From an uncultured Pseudomonadota bacterium (lineage in GTDB: Bacteria > Pseudomonadota > Gammaproteobacteria > Steroidobacterales > Steroidobacteraceae): DNA of 64,000 bases. The stretch covers positions 478,027 to 542,026 of the forward strand of contig CAWDXW010000002.1 in assembly GCA_963806375.1 (NCBI GenBank). Reading direction: 5' to 3'. Every line of letters begins with the position of its first letter. Position 1 is the first letter of the stretch. The position numbers and the translations under genes are program-made. The notes under the pieces are model-generated. The model worked only from the letters and a program-made list of their open reading frames with translations. It ran no database searches and was not told where the DNA came from. Of this stretch, positions 57,497 to 64,000 are shown in pieces.

Positions 57497-60068
57497 TCAG
57501 ATCATGTGTCGGCGCAGGAGCGCCGTCTTCACTACCTGCGTGAGTAGTACGTAGCACAGGAGTGTGAGCGCCAGAAGTGGCCAGTAGAGCGCGGGCAACC
57601 GGGTGAATCCCAGCGACGTGCCCACGGGTGAAAACGGGATGGCGATCCCAACGGCCATGATCACCACGCTCATCACGAGCACTGCCCGCGAAGACCTGCT
57701 CTGCAGTAACGGGATCTTGTTCGTGCGGATGACGTGGATGATGAGTGTCTGAGTCAGAAGGCTTTCGACAAACCAGCCGGTCTGAAAGAGGCTTGCGCTG
57801 TGGGCGGCCGCTTGCGGCGTCGCGAGGTCCCAGCAGTTGAACAGGTAAAGCATCATGAAAAAGGTGGTGTAATCAAAAATGGACGAGCATGGCCCGATAA
57901 AGAGGACGAAACGGGTCAGTTCGCCAAGGTCCCAGCGGCGCGGGGCGACAATCCGTTCCGGATCCACCGCGTCGGTCGGGATCGTGGTTTGTCCAAGGTC
58001 GTACAGCAGGTTGTTCGCAAGAATCTGCACCGGCAGCATCGGCAGAAATGGCACGAAGATGCTGGCTCCCAGCACGCTGAACATGTTGCCGAAGTTGCTC
58101 GAGGCTCCCATGCGCAGGTATTTGGTGATGTTAGAGAAGACCTTGCGGCCCTCAATGACGCCCTCATCCAGGACGAGGAGCGATTTCTCCAGCAGAATCA
58201 TGTCGGCCGCCTCCTTGGCAATGTCGACGGCCGTGTTGACGCTGATTCCGACATCGGCGGTGTGCAGCGCCGGGGCATCGTTGATACCGTCGCCCAGGAA
58301 GCCCACGGTATGCTGACGCGACTGCAGCGCTTGGATGATGCGCTGCTTGTGGGCTGGGGAGACGCGGGCAAACAGGGTGGTCTGCTCGGCAGCCTCAGCC
58401 AGCTGTGCGTCGCTCAGGCGCTCAATTTCATCGCCCGTGACTACAAGGTCGGCTTTCAGACCCACCGCCTTGCAGATCTTGCGGGCGACGAGGTCGTTGT
58501 CACCGGTCACCACCTTCACCGTCACGCCGTGCCGTTGCAGTGCCAGGATTGCCCCGGCCGCGCTGTCGCGCGGCGGATCAAGGAATGCCACGTAGCCCTG
58601 CAGGGTCAGATCGCGCTCATCCGTCTTGCCGTACGGAGTAGCGCCGGCCGCCGCGCCGCGCGGCTCCTGGTCCCGGGTGGCGATTGCCAGCACGCGGAAT
58701 CCATCGGCGCACAACTGCTCGTGTTCCTTTTTGAATTTCTCGACGTGACGTGGATCCAGCGGCACGAGGCCGCCGTCCAGCTCGGCGTTAATGCATCGCG
58801 GGCAGGATGGACTCCGGGGCCCCCTTGCAGATCATGCGGTCCTTGCCCTCCGGGGTGCGCACGACGACCGACATGATGCGGCGCTGGAAGTCGAAGGGGA
58901 TCTCGTCGACCTTGGCAAAGGCGGCGCTGGCGGCTGGCAGTCGCGGGTCCGGATGGCCCAGTACCGCACGATCGAGGACGCTCTTCAGGCCGGTCTGGAA
59001 GTGGCTGTTCAGGTAGGCGAGCGCCAGAACCCCCTCATCCTCACGGAGCATGACGTTGCAGTGGCGTTCGAGGATCACCGTGTCAGTCGTCAGTGTTCCG
59101 GTCTTGTCCGTGCACAGCACATCCATCGCACCGAGGTTCTGGATGGCGTTGATCCGCTTGACGATCACCTTTTTTCGCCCCATCGCGACCGCCCCGCGCG
59201 ACAGGCACACGGTGACGATCATCGGCAGCATCTCCGGCGTCAGGCCGACGGCGACCGCGAGCGCGAAAAAGAAGGCCTGAATCCAGTTGCCCTTCGTGAG
59301 TCCGTTTATGACGAACACCAACGGCACCATGACGGCCATCAGGCGCAGCATGAGCCAGGTGAACTGGGAGATACCACGATCGAAGGCGGTCTTCGGCGGC
59401 GGCTCCTGCAAGGATGCGGCCATGCTGCCCAGATAGGTGTTCTTGCCGGTCGCAATCAGCACCGCAACGGCCGAGCCGCTCTCGACGTTAGTGCCCAGGA
59501 ACACGATGCTGCGCAGTGCAATCGGCACTTGCGCGTCTTCGGCTGAGCTTGTCGCAATCTCGGACTTCTCAACCGGAAAGCTCTCGCCCGTGAGCGACCC
59601 CTGGCTCACGAACAGGTCTTTTGCCTGAACGATCCGCGCATCGCCGGGAACCATGTCACCCGCGGCAAGCTGTACGACGTCACCCGGAACCAAATGGGCC
59701 ACAGGAATCTCCCGTGGAGCGCCGTCGCGCACCGCGGTCGCCGTCACCGATATCATCGCTCTGAGTCTGGCCGCGGCGTTGCCCGCCTTGGTCTCCTGCA
59801 CCAGCTTCAGCCCAACGCTCAACGCGATCATCGCCAGCATCATGACTGCCGCCCGCGCATCGCCGGTCCCAAAAGAGACCGCGGCGAGGACTGCAAGCAG
59901 CACCACCAGAGGATTGAGCAGGGCTTGCCACAGCAGCTTGCCGAGACCGGGGCGCTGGTCCTGGGCGAGGACATTGGGGCCGTACTGTTCCCGCCGCTCC
60001 GTCACTTCTGCCGCGGTCAAACCTTGCGGTCGGGTGCCAAGTCGTGCATAGACCTGCGTCGTGGCCAC
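57497..60068 (-). pseudogene. mgtA: Mg2+-importing P-type ATPase MgtA, split by a single frameshift near 58800
   Basis: N-terminal ORF 58788..60068 (…LCTDKTGTLT…KGAPESILPAMH*) and C-terminal ORF 57497..58765 (…GDGINDAPAL…). The C-terminal frame reads PRCINAELDGGLVPLD immediately upstream, so one extra G/C in GGG 58800-58802 breaks the frame. Confidence 0.85.
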
Positions 60069-60341
60069 GGTCGCCGACTCAACGACAATGGGCGCAACGC
60101 CAATCGTGGGACGCTTGTGCTGGCCGGCACTCAGCAGGCGTTTAGGCAGAATGGCAGTCAGATTTCGTCCTTTGCATTTGTCAGGCGGCGCATGTCAGCC
60201 AAGACGGGACGGCTTCCGGGCGGCGGCCAGTGGCATTTTCCTCTAAAATGAGGCGCGCCCGCCCGCAGTGCCGCTAAGTATGTGTCGCGATCGGTCCGGC
60301 TACGGGTGTTGTTGTGCCTTCGCCCTCCAGTTGGGTGCAAC

Positions 60342-61946
60342 ATGCGGCATTTTATGGACCCCGGTGTTGCTGGCCTTGACCTCGAGATGAGTGCCGAACT
60401 GCCCCAAAGATTGCGCGGGCTGCTCAATCCTGCCGCCTACCCCCACCCGGTTGGTTGCATTGAGCTGGTCCAAACACACGTCTCATGGGTGCTCCTTACG
60501 GGGCCCTTTGCTTATAAGCTCAAGCGACCCGTGCGGTACGCGTTCATCGATCTGCTGTCTCATGAGCGGCGTGAGTTCCTGTGCCGCGAGGAACTGCGCC
60601 TGAATCAGCGGTTTGCACCGGAGTTGTACCTGGAAGTGTGCCCCATCACTGCACCCGCGGGCGAAGCGCGTATCGGCGGTGACGGAGAGGCAATCGAATA
60701 CGCGGTCAAGATGCGTCAGTTCCCCCGCGAGGAGGAACTCGATCATTTGCTCGACGCCGGTGCGATAGCACCGCAAGAGCTCGAAAACTTCGGCGGCGAG
60801 CTCGCCGCCATTCATGCGCGGCTGCCGTCGGCCAGCGCCGCTTCCGCGTGGAGTACGGTGGAGCGCGTGCGCCAGGTGGTCCTGGTGAATCTGACGCAAT
60901 GTGCGCAGGCGGCTGCTGCCTTCAACGCGGTGGCCGACGTTGAGGCGCTGCGCCCGCTGCTCGAGATGCAACTGCGTGCCCTGGGCGAGTGCATGGCAGC
61001 GCGACGCGCGGCTGGCTACGTGCGCGAATGTCATGGCGATCTGCACTCGCGCAATGTCGTACGCCAGGACGGCCACCTGCTGGCCTTCGATTGCCTCGAA
61101 TATGAAGCAGCCTTTCGCTGGATCGATGTCGCCGACGAGATCGCTTTCCTGCTGTCAGATCTGAACGCGCGCGCGTGCCGTGATCAGGCGCGCGCCTTTC
61201 TGGCGGGCTATCTCGCCGGCAGCGGCGACTACCAGGCGTGCCGCCTGCTGCCCTTGTACCAGGCGCATCGCGGACTCGTGCGCGCGAAGGTCGTCGCACT
61301 GCATGCAACGGGTGGCAGTGAGATTGAGGTGGCGGCGCTGACCTCCGAATGGCGCCGTCTGATCAGTTTTTCTGCCGCCGTGCTGCTGCCGCGTCAGGCC
61401 CGCATGTTTCTCACTTGTGGTCCATCCGGTGCGGGCAAGACATGGCTTGCCAAAAGGCTCGCACCGCGTCTCGGAGCCTTACACCTGCGCTCTGACGTGG
61501 AACGCAAGCGCTCTGCTGGACTTGCGCCGACCGAGCGCGCCGGAGCGGACCCGGGCCGCGGCCTCTACGGATCGTCGATCACCGCCGTAACCTACGCGCG
61601 GCTCCTCCGAGCTGCCGAGGACGTGCTCGCCGGGGGCTGGGACGTGATTGTCGATGCTACCTTTGGCCGCCGGGAGGAGCGTGAGCTTTTCTCCGTGTGC
61701 GCAGGTCGTCTGCGGATTAGATGCACACTCATTCTCTGCGAGGCGCCAATTGATGTATTGCGCGCGCGAATCGCGGCGCGGACGCGCGCAGCTGAGGATC
61801 CTTCGGACGCCGATCAGGCGGTGCTTGACTGGCAGCTGGCCCATCAAGATGCGCTCGACGAAACCGAGCGAATGCATGCCATTTGCGTGGATACCCGAGA
61901 CTCGCGAGTGATCGACGAGATCATCGGTCACATCATGGGATCCTAA
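60342..61946 (+). CDS. Bifunctional aminoglycoside-phosphotransferase-like kinase / P-loop ATPase fusion protein
   Basis: N-terminal ELVQTHVSWVLLTGPFAYKLKRPVRYAFIDLLSHERR...CHGDLHSRNV (APH/kinase fold). C-terminal FLTCGPSGAGKTWLAKRL (P-loop). Start uncertain (GTG 60282, ATG 60342, 60354 or 60387). Confidence 0.75.
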   Translation: MRHFMDPGVAGLDLEMSAELPQRLRGLLNPAAYPHPVGCIELVQTHVSWVLLTGPFAYKLKRPVRYAFIDLLSHERREFLCREELRLNQRFAPELYLEVCPITAPAGEARIGGDGEAIEYAVKMRQFPREEELDHLLDAGAIAPQELENFGGELAAIHARLPSASAASAWSTVERVRQVVLVNLTQCAQAAAAFNAVADVEALRPLLEMQLRALGECMAARRAAGYVRECHGDLHSRNVVRQDGHLLAFDCLEYEAAFRWIDVADEIAFLLSDLNARACRDQARAFLAGYLAGSGDYQACRLLPLYQAHRGLVRAKVVALHATGGSEIEVAALTSEWRRLISFSAAVLLPRQARMFLTCGPSGAGKTWLAKRLAPRLGALHLRSDVERKRSAGLAPTERAGADPGRGLYGSSITAVTYARLLRAAEDVLAGGWDVIVDATFGRREERELFSVCAGRLRIRCTLILCEAPIDVLRARIAARTRAAEDPSDADQAVLDWQLAHQDALDETERMHAICVDTRDSRVIDEIIGHIMGS

Positions 61947-62526
61947 GCATCGGGAACGCGCTCACCCGATGTCGCTTCGGGGTCCCATTGCCAGCGCTGG
62001 AAGTGTTGCTGCTGATCCGGGATCCACCGTGGTTTTCCGTTGTCCGCAAGGCGCTCCTAGGTAAGCGTCTGCAGAGTTTCTGGATAGGGCGGCGTCTGAG
62101 ATTGCGCGGCCGACTCTTGGGTGGCAGGGGATTCCTGGGGCGTTCTCCGCCGGGCCTCAGGCCAGAACTGATCTTCGGTGATGCGGCGGATGCACTCGAG
62201 CTGCCAGAGAACATGGCAGCGAACGTGAAATTACAGGATGCGATCCGCGAGGTCTTCTGTGGTCGCGACTCCTATAGAGCTCAGTCGGATGATTCGACCG
62301 CAGGCGGCGCATTTCTATCCCGGCCCATAACCGCCACTGAGCCGTGTCGCAACCATGACCGGCAGTCGGACTTTCTCAATGCGATGCCGTAAGCGGAGGC
62401 GGACCTGCTTGTCTGGGAGCGGCGAGACGGCCACGGTGCCTCCGGGTGAGACAGTGGAGATCAAACTACATTTGCGCCCTCGCGCGGATGTAGCTCAAAC
62501 GCGTCGGCCCTGCGTTTTACTCGCAT

Positions 62527-63370
62527 TTTACTAGAACCTATCTCAAAATTCCGAAACACGTATAAGACGAGTAAAATTCGTGCGTGCTACGCGTAACCGA
62601 CGAGCAGTGGGAGCTGATCCGGAAGCACTTTCCGGAGGAGCATATTCCCGACGATCGTCCCGGCCGCAAGCCGATCCCGGCGCGCAAGGTACTCGAGGCG
62701 GTGCTGTGGATTCTCAACACTGGTGCTCAGTGGCACATGCTTCCTCAGTCCTATCCAAACTACAAGACGGTGCATCGTCGCTTCCAGCAGTGGTGCGAGA
62801 ACGAGGTGATTCGTGCAGCGCTTACGGAGCTGGCGAATGCACTTCGAGACGAAGGCGCGATCGACGAGTCCGAGTGCTACATCGACGCGACGTTCGCCTC
62901 GGCGAAGGGTGGCGGCGATGAGATCGGACCCACGCGACGCGGAAAAGGCGTGAAAATCATGGCGATTGTCGATCGTCACGGCCTGCCGCTGGCGGTCACG
63001 ACGCACGCCGCGAACCATCACGAGGTCACACTCGTGCAGCTGACTTTCGATTTTTACATGATTGAAGCCCGGCCTGAGAACCTGATTGGCGACAAAGCCT
63101 ACGACAGCGACGCGCTCGACGCGGCGATGCGCGCCCAGGGCACGGAGATGATTTCCCCGCACCGCTCCAACAAAAAGCGTAAGACTCAGGACGGTCGCCG
63201 ACTGCGCCGGTACGAGCGCCGCTGGATCGTCGAGCGCTTCTTTGCCTGGATTCAGTGGCAACGTCGGCTCCTCGTTCGCTGGGAATACCACCCGACCAAC
63301 TTCCTCGGTTTCGTGCAGCTTGCAGCCCTATGCATCCTGCTCAAGCAATTTTGAGATAGGTTCTAGTAAA
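62527..63370 (+). mobile_element. IS5-family (IS427/IS1031-like) insertion sequence, apparently intact
   Basis: 24-bp perfect terminal inverted repeats: TTTACTAGAACCTATCTCAAAATT (62527-62550) and its reverse complement (63347-63370), flanking a single transposase ORF. The exact ends and target duplication (CTAG or TTA/TAA) are ambiguous because the junction is palindromic. Confidence 0.85.
62584..63354 (+). CDS. IS5-family DDE transposase
   Basis: 256 aa. LTDEQWELIRKHFP...RKVLEAVLWILNTGAQWHMLPQSYPNYKTVHRRFQQW (DUF4096-like), then IDATFASAKGG...DKAYDSD...YERRWIVERFFAWIQ (DDE). Confidence 0.9.
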   Translation: MLRVTDEQWELIRKHFPEEHIPDDRPGRKPIPARKVLEAVLWILNTGAQWHMLPQSYPNYKTVHRRFQQWCENEVIRAALTELANALRDEGAIDESECYIDATFASAKGGGDEIGPTRRGKGVKIMAIVDRHGLPLAVTTHAANHHEVTLVQLTFDFYMIEARPENLIGDKAYDSDALDAAMRAQGTEMISPHRSNKKRKTQDGRRLRRYERRWIVERFFAWIQWQRRLLVRWEYHPTNFLGFVQLAALCILLKQF

Positions 63371-63564
63371 TCTGCGAATCTCAGGATGGCCGGGGCTGGG
63401 ATGCGTTGCGGCCCGCAAGCAAGGTTCACCCACAGCAGCGTTGCCAACGACAATTGCTCCCGATTCGGGAACGCCAATTCATGTGTGAGGCCGTCAGCGC
63501 AGCAGGCTGCGTATCAGGAGTAACTAATGGCGCACACCAATGGTTAGCGCCACGTTTCGATGAT

Positions 63565-64000
63565 CTATGCGATTAGATCGCGATAGGCGTGCCAGGTCGC
63601 GTAGCCGAGCAAGGGGGCAATAAACACCATGCCGATGAGCAGCGTCAAAAAGCCGATCGCCGTAATCACGACGATCAGAGCAGCCCACAAGAGCATGGCG
63701 GGCGCGTTGGCCAGGACGGCCCGGATACTCGTTCGAATTGCCTCCGAGGCAGTGGCATGCCGATCGATCATCAGGGGCACCGCAACCACCGATAGTGCGA
63801 ACACGATGCAAGCAAGCACTGCGCCACTGCCCAGGTAGCTGAGCAGCTGCTGCGCGCTGAACGCTTCCGAGCCGCCCCACAGCGCGACCGCTAGACTCGG
63901 CGTCGAGGCGCCGAAGACGGATTGCAGGAGCCAGGCGGACAACCCAAACCACACCAAGGCGATCAGCGCGAGGATCGCGCCGAAGTGCGTCAGCCCCTCG
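63565..64000 (-). CDS. DUF2189-like integral membrane protein, C-terminal part (gene continues past the right edge)
   Basis: The frame is open to the window end. ...LIALVWFGLSAWLLQ...VVAVPLMIDRHATASEAIRTSIRAVLANAPAMLLWAALIVV...APLLGYATWHAYRDLIA. Family assignment is from memory. Confidence 0.6.
   Translation of the reverse strand, partial: EGLTHFGAILALIALVWFGLSAWLLQSVFGASTPSLAVALWGGSEAFSAQQLLSYLGSGAVLACIVFALSVVAVPLMIDRHATASEAIRTSIRAVLANAPAMLLWAALIVVITAIGFLTLLIGMVFIAPLLGYATWHAYRDLIA

Noticed and set aside
60069-60341. Mg2+ riboswitch (M-box) or MgtL-like leader upstream of mgtA
   Set aside because: No M-box-like conserved blocks recognised by eye. The only short ORF (MRRLTNAKDEI) lacks the Pro codons characteristic of MgtL-type leaders. 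Left as unverified.
61947-62526. Possible gene between the kinase fusion and the IS (ORFs 61883..62392 +, 61933..62214 -)
   Set aside because: Translations are low-complexity or lack start codons. A minus-strand reading (…ITEDQFWPEARRR…*ERLADNGKPRWIPDQQQHFQRW…) is interrupted by a stop and has no start. Probably a decayed remnant, not callable.

Overview
GC-rich proteobacterial chromosome segment that splits in two at a tRNA-Ala(CGC) gene (29750-29822). All calls come from reading the sequence and the ORF translations; no database search was run.

LEFT PART (1-29.7 kb). Very high GC, tightly packed, with many antisense shadow ORFs. It holds a choline -> glycine betaine -> dimethylglycine -> sarcosine -> glycine catabolic supercluster:
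- a truncated corrinoid protein at the left edge
- a GbdR/GlxA-type regulator, an NCS1 permease, a TetR regulator and an AtoE-like transporter
- dimethylglycine dehydrogenase and soxBDAG
- a betaine/choline ABC transporter with a fused binding-protein/permease
- an in-frame betI-betB fusion, and betA

These are followed by a TPR-sulfotransferase, a TonB-dependent receptor, a second GlxA regulator, two hypothetical genes, a REC-GGDEF cyclase, a degenerate histidine-phosphatase homolog and Bcp.

RIGHT PART (29.8-64 kb). Visibly lower GC and mosaic. The tRNA 3' end recurs twice (36288, 44794) with matching flanking arm sequences, which indicates tandem integrative-element scars, but no integrase is visible. 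Cargo:
- two phd/vapC modules, one with a nonsense-mutated vapC
- an Ig-domain lipoprotein and an arylsulfatase pseudogene with at least 8 frameshifts
- an RHH + minimal-nucleotidyltransferase pair with a palindromic operator
- SDR/GST genes and a TIR-TM-TPR protein
- mtnA plus a class II aldolase (DHAP-shunt-like), and a radical SAM/SPASM-like enzyme next to a sulfatase relic
- DUF885, and a DevBCA/MacAB-like exporter
- a frameshifted mgtA and an APH/P-loop kinase fusion
- an intact IS5-family element plus a solo IR relic

No CRISPR array, rRNA or recognisable prophage structural genes were seen.

The most interesting items are the tandem att structure, the BetI-BetB fusion, the membrane-anchored TIR protein and the RHH-NTase cassette.
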